From Paraspadella gotoi (taxonomy: Eukaryota > Animalia > Chaetognatha), in the NCBI GenBank assembly GCA_051294375.1, contig CM119263.1, forward strand, positions 26,679,130 to 26,743,129: a DNA stretch of 64,000 nucleotides, written 5' to 3'. Positions 39,763 through 52,500 of the stretch are shown in pieces (position 1 is the stretch's first letter; each line of letters starts with the position of its first letter). The position numbers and the translations under genes are program-made. The notes beneath the pieces are model-generated. The model saw only the letters and a program-made list of their open reading frames with translations. It was not told where the DNA came from and did not search any database.

Positions 39763-42700
39763 TTTTTTCTTCTCTTTTTCTCCTGTCTCTTGCCCATTGA
39801 TATTCAAGTTCATCCTGTTAAGTTCAATAATCTTATCTAGCCTTTCAGAGGCACGCATTAATTGATTTAATTACAAAGAATAACAAACATTCGATAAAAG
39901 TAACAAGATTTTAAGTTCACAATGCAAAGTGGTTGTAATCAACTTTGTTAAGAGTGTCGAGTTTTTAAAATGATTGGTTTAATCCCCGTTCAACCTAATA
40001 AAAATAAAGTACAGTAACCCTTCCTTAATTAACGCTTATTAGATATTTTAATCCTGACTGAACACAACATCGACACACATTCTCCCACCGCAACAAAAAA
40101 AAGGACAAAAGGAAATAACAAAAAAAGACAGCCAGGCACCCATTCGAATTTTTTCACAAAAAGTGGAGATCTTCGGGTGACTTTTTGGCAAAATTGACTT
40201 GAGCGTTCTTCAGGTGGCGAGAGAGAGAGAGGAACGACGAAGTTTACAGTAGTTCGACGAGACAAGAGTTATTTGAGAGAGAGAATTAGAGAGAGAGAAT
40301 GGAGAGGAAGAGAGAGAGAGAAGAGAATTTAGACCTTGAAGATGAGCCAAAAATGCTATTTATCTCTGAAAAGAGGCTCCAAATTTATATCGAAACTTTT
40401 AAATTCGCGACTGCAACGTAATTATCGTTTAATTTCAAAAACCTGATTTTTTTTTCCCCTCAATTATTTAAAACTTTAAAACCTTTCAACTTTATTGGGC
40501 TGACGCACTGACGTCAACTGTATCGTTTATCTATTTGTATTTTGACTCATCTTTTATATTTGACATTTATTGTAAGAATATTTAATCATTAATGTTCATA
40601 TTTAAATGTTTAATAAATGAATCGGCGTTAAAGATTAAAATATTTGATCGAGAAAAGGAAATTAAACGAAACTCGTTTCTTTTGCTTTAAAAATCTTAAT
40701 CATTTGAAATATGATTCCACATTTACTATGACAGTAGGATAACTTTGCACACTCATCGTCCTTTTGTTCTAACCCCTGTCTTTTCTGGTTATCATCGTTG
40801 TCGTTGTCGTTGTCGTCTTCCTCTTTATCGTCCTCTTCGCGATGGGAAGGCGCGACCGGGTTTAATCCCACTCCATCATCGGAGCGTCGCTGGATTTTGG
40901 AGGAAGAGAGAGAGGGAGAGGGAGAGAGAGGGACTGGGACTGGGAGAAGGGATGGAGAGAGAAAAAGGGAGGGAGACAGAGAGGGAGTGAAGGAGAAAAG
41001 GAGAGAGAAAGAGAGAACGGGAGAAGGAGAAAAAGAAAGACGAAAAGAGAGAGAGAGAGAGAGAGAGAGAGAAAATAGGGAAGCCGGGAAGTGAGAAAGG
41101 GAAAGGAAGGTGAACAAGGAGGAGGGCAAAGGACGAATATTGGTAAAGTAGTCTACCGGGATCTCTTCTCCCAGTCTGCCAAGGTTCGGGGGTGGCTGAG
41201 TCTACCGGGGTCTCCTTCGGCCGGTCTCTGGTGATTGATCGTTTTTGCATCACTACAAAGTGACATTCAATCTTTGGCAAAGTTGGAAGGAGGCAAAAGA
41301 TTTCACCCAAGCGAAAGATGAAACAAATTTGAGGGGAACGATTTTGGGAGTGTGATGGCTTCTCGGGGGTTTTGAGGTATGTGGGGAGTGGTGGGTTTGG
41401 GAGGGTGGTGGGGGGTGGAGAGTGGTGGGAAGTTGGGGTGAGGTGCAGAACGACACGAAAATCTTCTCGATTACTATTCAAAGTTATTATTATTATTATA
41501 ATCTAAGTTTAAAATAAAATAATAACCCAGAGATAAAGTGTTGGATAAAAGTTTTAACCAAAAACATTTTTAAACTTGGCATATTTCGGGGGCATTCGAT
41601 ATTTTATCCTCGCTTTTTATAGCCTCAAACCAATTTTTATTTTATTTTAATATTCTATTACCTTTTTTTTTTCATCCATACCGACTCTTCCCATTCAATT
41701 ATTATTCGATGAAACGTGCAGAGAATTTCCATATTCTTTTTTTTTTTTATTTTTAAACCTTGGTTATTTTGATGCGACGTCGAAATTGAAAATCGACAAA
41801 TCAAGATTCACGACGAAGATTTTTCAAACTCGAGTCGCGTCGGCCAATTCTAGAATTTTTCATCTCGAGAGGGAAAAAAATGAAGATTTAAGACCCAATG
41901 GATTTTACGGTATTGGGAAGAGTAATTACTCGAGCGGGGAAATTTATCAGCGAAATATTGAGCTCGAATTAAATTATTTAATTAATATTTTGAAATTATT
42001 ACAAATTGAATTTATTAATTTTATCACTGGACTAAACAACTAAAAGATAATTAATTCAATAGTTAATAATTATTGACTTAATATCATGCGTTTTGCCAAG
42101 CGAAAATATGGAAAAAAGCTGTAACTCAGATTTCTTTTGTTTTCTAAGAGAATGCTTTTACCAAGGCTCGGTAGATGTCGGAGTGGTACGGGTGATGGTC
42201 ATATCTTTTGTTTTTAAAAAGCTCTCTCATATTTGATGTTTTTACTTTTATTAATTTAGTTAAGTTTAGTTAGTAATTTAATAGTTATAAATTCTATTTT
42301 TCAGTCAATGTATCGTTAACAAAATTGATAACAATTCTTATACAATAAAAGTACCAATTCCCTTTGTTATTATTTTCATAAATAAGGAGAATTAAAATTT
42401 GATTGATTTATTAAGAAAATAGAGATTTTAGAAATCTTAAATTTCTAAAAGACAGACCCGCGAGCCAGGAACGCAAAAAAAAAAAAAAGGATTCGAAGGA
42501 CAACGACGACGACGACGAAAATCTGTCTCGAAAAAAGAAAGCCGAAGAATCCCAAGTACAAGACGGTCAATACTCGTTTGGATCCTCTTACTAAAACTAA
42601 AAGGGGAAAAAGGATGGAGAGAAATCTGATATCCTTGAACCGGGAAACATTTCTGCTTATGGGGTTAGCGGGGGTAAGTGGGGTTTTAAGGATTGTTGAG

Positions 42701-43344
42701 TTGGGGTTTAATTGAAGTGGGGGGGCAATTAGAAATAAATTAATAAGAAATAAATTATATTTGAGGGAATCGAGCAAAGAGGACAAAAGATCTGAGTGTT
42801 CATTTGACCCTACTTTCTCGTTAGATGAAGAGAAAGCAAGGCGCCAAGCAGAAGGGAGTAAGAGAGAGAGACAAAGAAAGAGATAGAGAGAGAGAGCAAA
42901 GTGCTTTTTTGGAGATAAATCCTTTAGAATCTCGGGTTTTCTCGTCGTCGCCGTTGTCGTCGTCGTCGTCGTCGTCGTCGTATATAGTCCTTCGATTTCG
43001 TTTCTGTTTTTTCTTCTTTTTTTTCTTCTTTCGTCTCAAATTTCGTCCAGGAGTCAAATCTCGGCGCGCGTCGGGCAGACCTGGCTGCCAGTCGGTCAGA
43101 CTGCGCAGAGAAAGTCGGTCAGACTTTGGGGCGAGTATCTATATTAACATCGGATCGAGAAAAAAAGGAAATTTAAAAAAAATCAAATTTTAAATGATTT
43201 TAAAAACAGAAATTTTTCCCTTTGGAAAATTAAATTTCTAAAGTTCTAAAGACGTAAAAAGTGAGGTTTATTAAATTTATTAATCAAATTACTGAAGAGA
43301 CAGTAATTATTGATAAGTGTTAATGACAGAACCGTTCAATATAA

Positions 43345-43418
43345 GCAGTTCCTGAGCTTCGGATCAGGCTGTAACACCATGTTACAGGCGGGTTAAGCGC
43401 CCCGTCCCTCTTAACTGC
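43345..43418 (-). ncRNA. Twister self-cleaving ribozyme, circularly permuted type-P5
   Basis: The minus strand reads GCAGUU AA GAGG GA CGGG GCGCU U|AA CCC GC CUGUAACA UGG UGUUACAG CCUGA UCCG AA GC UCAGG AACUGC. Helices: P5 GCAGUU/AACUGC, P3 CUGUAACA/UGUUACAG, P4 CCUGA/UCAGG with loop UCCG-AA-GC. Pseudoknot T1 is UCCG/CGGG (covaried relative to the usual UCCY/RGGG) and T2 is GC/GC. The catalytic GA after P2' and the N|AA cleavage motif are present; the predicted cut lies between 43395 and 43394. P2 is imperfect (CCC vs GAGG) and P1 is vestigial. Confidence 0.85.
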
Positions 43419-43421
43419 CAG

Positions 43422-43493
43422 ACGACCACCGGGCTAGAACCCCGGACCTTTGGGTTGGGAGGCGAATGACTTGCCTCCGGCACCAATGGCCGC
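43422..43493 (-). pseudogene. tRNA-derived (Gly-CCC-like) Pol III head, not a functional tRNA
   Basis: 72 nt long. Acceptor-like stem GCGGCCA/UGGUCGU, A-box-like TGGTGCCGGAGG, anticodon-loop-like CU-CCC-AA, and T-arm CCGGG-GUUCUAG-CCCGG with B-box-like GGTTCTAGCCC. The anticodon stem does not pair; the D/anticodon region can instead form GGAGGC/GCCUCC. Confidence 0.7.
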
Positions 43494-45147
43494 TGATGAA
43501 CGGTTGGTGGATTTTAGTCCACCATATTACCATCTACAGTACAGTTTCTTATATTTAGCCACTTTATAGAAAAATATTAAAATAACCCGTTGTATTTCCT
43601 TCGCTTCCTTGTTTTCGATATCACCGCTCCCCTTAACCAGCTTCCGTTCAACCGCGTGGCAAGAAACAACAACAACAACAACAAATCAGCCGGCAGTCAA
43701 GTCCAATAAGGAAAGAGAGAGTGAGGCTCTTTCATTCCGAATTTTCACAAATGCCTCTCACGCTTAATTTTTCAAAAGAAGTGATCTTTTTCATTTTCAT
43801 TTTGTGATTTATTTACATAATTTATAAATCATGAGTTATAAAAAACTGTTTTAACTTTTCACTCTCCAAGTTAAGATGAATTTCACCGATGGGAAGCTGT
43901 GAACTTTTATCGCATGAGTGAAAGCCGCCGCAGTTTCACGGTGACCATTTGCTTCAACCTCCTTACTTCTCCTCGCCCTCCTTTCCTCTGCATCATCATC
44001 ATCATCCTCTTCCTCATCCTATTCCTCTTCTTCATCCTCTTCCTCTTCTTCATCCTCTTCCTAACCTCTTCCTCATCCTCTTCTTCTTCCTCCTCTTCCT
44101 CTTTCTCCCTTTTCGCTGTTTTTTAACGAGGGACTTCCTCGAGGCGAGAGACGCAGCTGACGGTAAGTCGAGGCCGACGCGAGGCCGCAGGGTAACGGGT
44201 GGGGTAAGGGAGAGGGGAAAGAGTGAGGTGGGGTAAGGAGTGTGAAGGAAAAAGGGGAAGTAGAAGGAGAAGATTGGTGGCGGGAAAAGGAAAAAGAAAT
44301 AAGATAATGGAGCAAGCTGCGTGCATAGTCCATACAAGAACAAAATGACAAAAAAAAACACAAATATTGTACTGTAAGAATTATATTTCTAAACAGTCGC
44401 AATATGTAAAAAATTTACAGAACACGGTCCTTGGAAGACGTTCGGTGTCATTTGCATCAATAATAAAGAATTGTATTAATTTTTTTACGAATTGATAAAA
44501 TTTTGTTGGAGACCAAGAAAACGTAGTAGTTGGAATAAAATGGAGAATTTTAAGTATCGGCCGCGCCGTTGCCGACAACGAAATAACAACAACAACGACA
44601 ATAAAAATGAGTTAAGAAAAGTGGAAAGTCGGGAGCGAGGAAATAGGTTACGAAGCATCGGAGATAAGATATTCGCCGATAAGGAAAGAGAGAGGGGATT
44701 AGGGAATAGGGTAGGGGAAATTAAAGGGAATGGGTTAGTCTGGGAAAGGTAGAGGGGATTCATTGTGAAAGGTTGGGGAAAGATGCGGACAGCGCTGGCT
44801 GAATTTGACTTACCAGGAAAACTGCGCGGCTTGCTTGTGCTGCAATCGGTGATTCCGTTATTTTAAAGAATGGGGAAAAAAAAACGATGGCGGCTGAAGC
44901 TGGTTTGGGGACTTGAACTGGTGGTTGCGTGACTGCGTTCGACTGAAATTGTGGAAGGTAAGGACGACAGGGTTTTGGGTGAGTCATATGGTAAACAATG
45001 CTTTTAATTCAAATAGTTTTATAGTTCTGTTGAAGGAAAGGAGTAGACTGTGGAGTCGAATTGTACGTTGGGTGTGGGCGTGCGAGAAATGATGAAAGAT
45101 ATCCTTGGATTGAATGGTAAAAAAAAGATTAAAAGTGCAAGTAGCTT

Positions 45148-45268
45148 GGTGAATTGGTTTGTGAATTGGGTTGTGTATTTGTGGCTGAATTCGTGGTTGA
45201 ATTGGTGATTGAATTGGTAGTTGAATTGGTGGTTGAATTTGTGGTTGAATTGGTGGTTGACTTGGTGG
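45148..45268. repeat. 12-bp minisatellite, ~10 copies
   Basis: Consensus TTGAATTGGTGG. Confidence 0.85.
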
Positions 45269-45777
45269 CGCGATTGCCTTCAAGTGAGATGGTGATGGCG
45301 AAAGGCGAGATGAGTGGTGGCGCGTTTATCTTTCGATCCCAACACAAACGGCGATGAGAAAAGGTCATGGCTCCGGGCGTCGGCGGCCGCTGCTGATGGG
45401 AAGGGGCGGGTGGGGAATTGGGGGGAAAAGTAAGTGGGTGGAAGGGGAAAGGGAAGGAGGGTTAGCGGTGGATGGAGGGTCTTAGTTAGTGATAATGATA
45501 TTGAAAGATATGATATGAAGAGCTGATAAATTGACAGATCGGGCAAGGCCGAGAGGTATCGTGATTTTGTTAGGAAAAGGAAAAAAGAAAAGGAAAGAAG
45601 TCAGAAGGATGAGGTTTGAAAAAGACCGTGGCCTGGTGGGGTCCTGAATTCGAAAAGACACTGACCTCGCGGCTTTAAAGGCTCGGAAGAAAACAAAAAC
45701 AGACGAGATCCATTGGTAGAATTTTTTAAAAGTCTAACTAAAATATTACCAACTAACATTGTGAATATTCGGCTCAA

Positions 45778-45843
45778 TATGTCATGGGCAACTGATCGAA
45801 ATGTCAGGAGCTACTGTGCGATATGTCATGAGTAACTATGCGA
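45778..45843. repeat. 22-bp tandem repeat x3
   Basis: ATATGTCATGGGCAACTGATCG / AAATGTCAGGAGCTACTGTGCG / ATATGTCATGAGTAACTATGCG. Confidence 0.65.
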
Positions 45844-46379
45844 TCGGCGAAGATTTCCAACCGACAAGAGAAATTGGATGCGAACCTCAATTTTGTTTTC
45901 GATGTTTTGACGGTTTTTCTTCGCTTCGGGGTTCCTGACCTTAAGTGAGGTCAGAGAAAAATAAGGAGGGGGTCGGTGGGTTGGGGAGGTTTGAGAGGAG
46001 AAGAGGAAAAAGGGGGGGGTAGTGAAATATGGTGATATAGAATAGAAAAGATATTGAGTCGAATCGATGGGGGGGGGAAAGGGATATAAGAACAGTGAGA
46101 AGAGTGAGAGAGAGATTAGAGTTGAAGAGAAGAAGGCATGTCACGAACCAGTACTCGATAAGAACAACAGATAGATAATATCTCCTCATGAAAACCAGCA
46201 CCACAAAGATTAATAAAAAAAAGCAAAGAATCGGCTTCTGTCAAAATAAAGCTCTACATTCACAAATCTTGGCGCCGTAAATGAGAAAACGTCAGAGCGG
46301 CGCGGATGTTTCTTCACACTTTTCGGGCGGCGCCGCTAAATCTGGGCGTCGCTTTTGGCACGGCGCCAATCGATCGTGG

Positions 46380-46452
<73 letters not shown>

Positions 46453-47302
46453 TTTCGTGACTATTCTTCCGATTTCAACATTTTTTCTCCCTTTTCCTTC
46501 ATCTCCGTCTCTATCTCGCTTTGTCTCTTGTTACTCACCCTTTTCATAACTCCCCTTTTTCTTTTCCCTACCAACCTATTTTCACTCTCTCTCTATCCTC
46601 CATCCTTCTCTCAACTCATTTCTTTCTCATCCCATTTTTGTCAAATTTCGAATCGACTCTTTTTCATTTTTGCCGGTCGATGACCTCGGCTGCAGTTCAT
46701 GACTGATAGACGGAATTTATTAAACGCGAGTGGAATCGGAAATTAATTATATAGTCGGTTTAATTAATTGTATAGTATTGTTTGTTGTTGAAAGCCCTCT
46801 TAAAATTGGTTTAAATGATTACGATACTATTTTTTTTTCTTATTATGTTTTTGATCATAATTACCGCATTAGAGCAAAACTAATATATTTCATATTAGTT
46901 ATAGTAGATATAGATATAGATATAGATTGCGACAGTAAAATACTAAAAAGAAAGAAAAAACGAAAAAATGAAAAAAACGTCAAAAAAAAAGAAAATAAGA
47001 TTGGAAAAGAGAGAAAAAAAAAAGGTAGGAAAGTCTATTTTTCCGTGAAAAGCGGCTCGGCTCTCATACGAGAAAAGTCAGTTTCCATTACGTCTGCTTT
47101 CCTACCAACCCTTTTCTTTTTCTTTTTATCTTCAACCTCCTCTCGGTTTTCTCCTTCTCCTTCCCCTCGAGGCTGACAATCCTATTACTCCCACTGACAC
47201 GATTTTGATCAATAGAACTTAATTCGGAAGGATAAGGGAGAGGGAGGGAAGACGAAGAGGAGAGAGGGGGGAAGAGATAGGGAGGAGGGAGGAGCGGAGG
47301 GA

Positions 47303-47355
<53 letters not shown>

Positions 47356-47617
47356 CAGAGAGAGAGACAGACAGATGAGAGAGAGATAAGAAAGGAACAG
47401 AGACAGACAGAGAGGAAAGAGACATGTCCATTGAAGAACGACAATTCAGAAGAAGGAAATGACGTTGAAATGGATAAAACTCTCACTTCACAAGGAAAAA
47501 GAAAAAAAACCTCCTTGCATCATTTTTGCTTTTATCGCATCATAAAATAAACGCCTGAGCTGAAGGGAGGAAGAAAGAAGAATGAGAGAGAGAAGAACGG
47601 GGGAGGGGGGGAAGCGA

Positions 47618-47659
<42 letters not shown>

Positions 47660-48518
47660 GAGGGTAGAGAGAGAGAGAGAGAGAAGTAGAAACGAGTGAG
47701 GGGAAATTGAGCACGAAATTACATTTGCGCAAATCTTTTGCTGGTTTCCGTCTGTAGCGTTAAAACACCTGTTAATATTTATTTCATTTTAAACCCATGA
47801 TAAAATAAAGGAAAAAATCGAATTATTATAAGACATAAAAAACAGAAGAGAGTACGATGACCATCGAGAAATTTGCGTCGCAAATTACGATCGCCGTGAC
47901 TGTCGTTGCGTTGCTGATTCGACTGTTGCCGCGGGAAACACCCGTGCGAAAGCAAAAACAATGAATTGCAATCTAATTATGAGAGAGAGAGAAGAAGAGA
48001 GAGAGAGAGAGAGAGAAGAGAGGAAAGAGAGGAGAGAGAGGAGAGAAGAGAGAGGAAGACGAAGAAGAGAGAGAGAGAGAGAGAGGAGAGGAGGGCAGAG
48101 AAAGAAGAGAGAGAGGTACGTGTCAAAAATGGTTCCTCTCATTCCCTCATTCTCCCTTACCCTCCTTACTCTCCCTTACCCCACCGCCAAACTCCAGACA
48201 AAACACCCCCCCACCCTGCTCTCTTCCGAATTTTAACATTTTCCCCTTTTTTGAGCGCGAAGAGAGGAGACTTTGAACACGTTTCGCAATTTTCTTCATT
48301 AACAGAAACCACAATCTAACTTTTTTTTTCTTCTCTTCTCCCGTTTTTTTTTTTTTATCAACCTCGCCGCTTCACTTATTCTTTCTCGGGCGCGGATTCA
48401 TTTGCATTCGACCCGGGAATTCCGAGGAGGAGAACTCCCCTTTTTGCTTTTGAAGAAGGCTCTGTCTCTCTCTCTCCTCTCTTCTTCTTTTCTCTCTCTC
48501 TCTCTTCTCTCTCCTCTC

Positions 48519-48552
<34 letters not shown>

Positions 48553-49523
48553 AAAAGAAACCTGGCAAGGAAAGGAACTTGTACCCGAACGAATTAAACC
48601 TCTCGCTAGTAATTGTCTTTTATGAAGGCCGCATCGCTGACTGTTGGATTAACCAGAGGCGCTCCAGTGGCAAGATGCTTACTTAGCTCCATCTTTTTCT
48701 TTCATTAAAAGGTCACGATTTTGTATTCATTCCGGGAGAGATTGAGATACCAGATATGGGAAATAAAGAGAGAGACGAGAGAGAGAGAGGAAGAGAGGAG
48801 AAGAGAGAGAGAGAGGAGATGAGAGAGAGAGAGAGAGAGAGACCTTCAAGGCATCCGATTGCAAGATGATTGGCGGAAGGAGTGAGAAATCAGTGGGAGA
48901 GCGAGTAACCGGTGAAAATTAAGGAACATTCGTTCTCAATTCCCCCCAACAGATTCCCCCATCTCTTGCCTTTTCAAAATCCCCAATTCCCCAATCCCCC
49001 AAAATCCCCCTCCTTCTTTTTTTACGGTTGAAGGAAGACGGGCAGAGTAACGTTCTGATTTATGACTCCTTCCCAATATCCTTGCCAACTTCATTGTTAA
49101 TTGTCTCTCTCGCCGTTTAAACTTAAAAAGAGTTAACTCGCTCTCGTTAACTTCTAGGTCTCTATTTTCCAGGGGAAGTTTAGACGCGAATATATTTAGT
49201 TTAAAATCTATATACATTTTCCGATGAGGGCTGGAATTGTTCTTGATAAATATTGAAACGATTTAAACTAATTTTCTATTTCCTTTTTTTTTTTGCAACC
49301 CCAACCCTCCCTCTCTTTTCCCGCCATCTCCACGGATTCTCGTTAACCATGGTTAAGAGAATCATTTTTTAAACTTTTCCGCTTTTTTTTTTTTTTTTTT
49401 TTTGGCATTTTTTGTGAGTTTTTATTTATTTTTTTCAAATTCATTTCAGTCCCTGATTTTCGCCGGCGCATAACCGTTCTGATAATCTCTTAATTCGAGA
49501 AGAAATCACAAGCCAATCGGTTA

Positions 49524-49554
<31 letters not shown>

Positions 49555-52500
49555 CTCTCTTCCTCTCTCTCCTCTCTTCTCTCTCTCTCTCTCTTAATCG
49601 GTTGTTTCGATCGGGCTTTCCTCACAGATATATCCTAAACATGAATAAATTGAATTAAGGATTCATCTTGTTTTTATATTCTTCAATAACCAACCAAAGG
49701 TTTTTCTGTTAACCTGAAATCGAGTTAGCCGCCTTATTCCACCCGACTAAAAATATATAAAAAAAAAAAACCAAAAGAAATGAAATCCAAAGTTCCCTGG
49801 CAATTTAAAGACAGTCTAATAGAATTCTTTTTCTTTCTGTCCATCTCGCACCTCAAGCTGTTTCGTCCTTTAAGCTTAATCCGAGAACCTCGCCTGGAAG
49901 GGTCCCCCCCCCCGGGGAGCCAGCGCGAGTCTCAAACATTTTCCATCCCATTTCCATTATCCATCAAACTCAACAATCCATTCATCTTCTTTCATTCATC
50001 TGATTCATTCATATTTTGATTGATATTTTCCATTCATTCATTCATATTTATCCTCAATTCATATTTAAGCTTCACTGTGAAACACTTTCAGTTTTTCAAA
50101 GCAGGGCCACCGCTTCGCCTCAAATTGGAACCAGAATTTACTTCCATGCATAAAACCTCAAATGACCAGAATTTAACTTTCAGCATTAAACTCGGCCTCG
50201 CCTCCTCTGAACTCCCTTACCATTTTTGCCGCCTTTTCATCTCTACCCCCACCTTCTTCCCCCCACCTTACACCTCTCACCTCACCTAATTTCACTCATC
50301 TTCACCCCGGTCGCCGGCGACCCTTGACCCTAAAAAACGAAATCAATTTTCAATTTTTTTCTATGAATTCTTTTTTTTTCGGTTTCTGCCAGGGTCGGAG
50401 AAGGAATGTTTTAAAGGTGAAAGGTTCAATGGGATGCATCGGCCTATTTGGGCGGACTGGCGTGACGAGGCTGGAATTGTTTTGGCCATTAGGTGTCGTG
50501 ACAATTTTGAATTTTTACGACTAAAGTTGGGTTTATAACGAATTATTTCAAGGCTAAAAAATGTCGATATTAGGTAATGAAGATTGATATGAAAATTTAA
50601 GGTTACCGCATTTTATAAAAAACGATAACAGTCGTGATTCGAGAAAATGGATATGTTTATAGGACAGCCGGAACCTTCGCCAAGGGGACTTTTTGACATC
50701 GAGAGAAGAAAAGAGAGACGAGTAGAGAAAGACTGAGAGAGAGAGAAGAGAGATGAGAGAGCGAGAGGAGGACGAGAGAGGGGAAGGGGGAGAGAGAAGA
50801 GAGAGAAAGAGAGGGAGAGAAGACAGCACGAGAGAGATTATTCGGCCCCGATTACGGGAAAATGGGGGGAGAAACAGTGAGACGAGAGACAAAAGACCAT
50901 TCTGATTGCGCTCTGAGCTAAAATAGTGAGAAACGGGGGGCCGAAGAAGAAATGGGTTAAATTTAAACCAAGGAAAATGGCGTGAGAAGAGGAAATAGAG
51001 AGAGACAGAGAGAGAGAGAGAAAGAAGGGACGAGAGAAGAGACGGACGAGAGCTGCGGAAAATGTTCAAGGTAATCGATACATTGCCTCGAGTTTAATCA
51101 ATTTAAAAATTCTACTATCTCTCAGGAATTTGGCGTTAATTCTTACGAGTGAACTTCATGTGCCGCCTAGCAAGCTCTCTCTTTTTCGCCAATTAGTTAT
51201 AATTCACCGGTTCCTCCCATCCTCTTTCCAGTCCGCCAGTCGGCTTCGCTTGTCTCTTATTTGTACATCTGCTCCGTACGTCTCCTCGTCCCCGTCTTTC
51301 CCGAACTTCGAATTCTGCTTTGCTTGATAGAGTTATTCGGCCGTCGTGCTTTCTCCAGGACTCGAGACTCTTCCCCGTTGATTTCATTTCCTTTCCTTTT
51401 CTCTTTAAATCGTTCGAAGAATCTTCTAAAATCCTTATCTCTCTCTCTCTCTTCTCTCGATTCATCCATCCTCGATTCTTTATCTTCTCCAATTTCCCGA
51501 TCTCTCGGATTTCTCGCTGATCCGAACCGAGTGAGATTGCGCCTCTATATATTCAGCTCTTTGGCCTCTAAATTCTCTTCCGATCCGGTTGCCTAGTTTG
51601 ACTTTTCTATCTTTCTTTTTAATTTTTTATTTTTAAATCCTTCTATTCAAAAATTCAATTCTCTTTATTCAAACTTCACAAAAAGCCCTCGACGAAAATC
51701 TTTTGAGAAATTTGCGCCAGTAAGGGCGAGCTAATTAATTTTTTTTTTTTTTTAATTTTCTTTTATTAGCCAAAAAAAAAAATCCTTGAAAATTAACCTA
51801 ACGTCGATAGGCAAAAGAAACTCAAGACGAGACTCGAATCGAATTTAGCATCTTGCGGGAACCGATTCCCTTCATTTTTCTCTTTCTTTTCCTTTTTTTC
51901 AAATTTCTCATCCAAATTTTTTCCGCTTCGATTGCAAACTTCTGAGGAAAAATGCGAAAAAAAAACGACGTCAAATCGAAAAAGTCCTTTTTCTATTTTA
52001 ATTTTCTTTTTCTCCTTTATTTTCTTCTTCCTTCATTTTCCTTCTCTTTCTTCGGTCGGATGAATCAGAGACGAGAGGATGAGAGAGAGAGAGCATAACG
52101 AGAGAAGAGAAGACGACGAGAGAGAGAGAGGAGAGGAGAGACGAGAGAGAGATGAGAGAAGATGCAGAATGAGAAAGCCTTCGGTCTTATCACCAACCCT
52201 GTGGACTTTCCATGATCGACAAAAACGAGAGGATCCCGAGATGATATCGCATCAGGGGTCCAAAACTTCTTGTCTGTCTCGGTCAACTCCATATTCTTGA
52301 AAGGACCGAAAAAAAAAAGAAAGAAAGAAAAAAGACGCTTCAGTATGCAATTCATTTCAGATTTATGTGACGAACGCTATGAACAAGAAGCAATTGCCGC
52401 GTTTTCCTGATGTGGGGGGAAGTTAGCGGGGGACGATGAGGACGACAACGACGACGAGGTCGGTCCCTTTTTTTCCTTTTTTTTTTCCATTTCCTGTTTT

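Larger units (their letters stand above)
43330..43505 (-). mobile_element. Composite SINE/retrozyme-like element (tRNA head + twister) bounded by a 9-bp inverted repeat
   Basis: AACCGTTCA (43330-43338) and TGAACGGTT (43497-43505) are exact reverse complements and bracket the two RNA domains. The unit is a GC-richer island in AT-rich flanks. No TSD or poly(A) tail is visible, so mobility is inferred. Confidence 0.5.

Noticed and set aside
41383-41443. G-quadruplex-like G runs (also 20980-21008)
   Set aside because: Expected by chance in such purine-skewed low-complexity DNA, with no functional context.
43422-43493. Functional tRNA-Gly(CCC) gene
   Set aside because: The anticodon stem is unpaired, the D-loop A14 is missing and the T loop is non-canonical; retained only as a tRNA-derived head.
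43493-43530. Hammerhead core CTGATGA on the + strand next to the twister element
   Set aside because: No downstream stem II-GAAA and no stem I/III partners.
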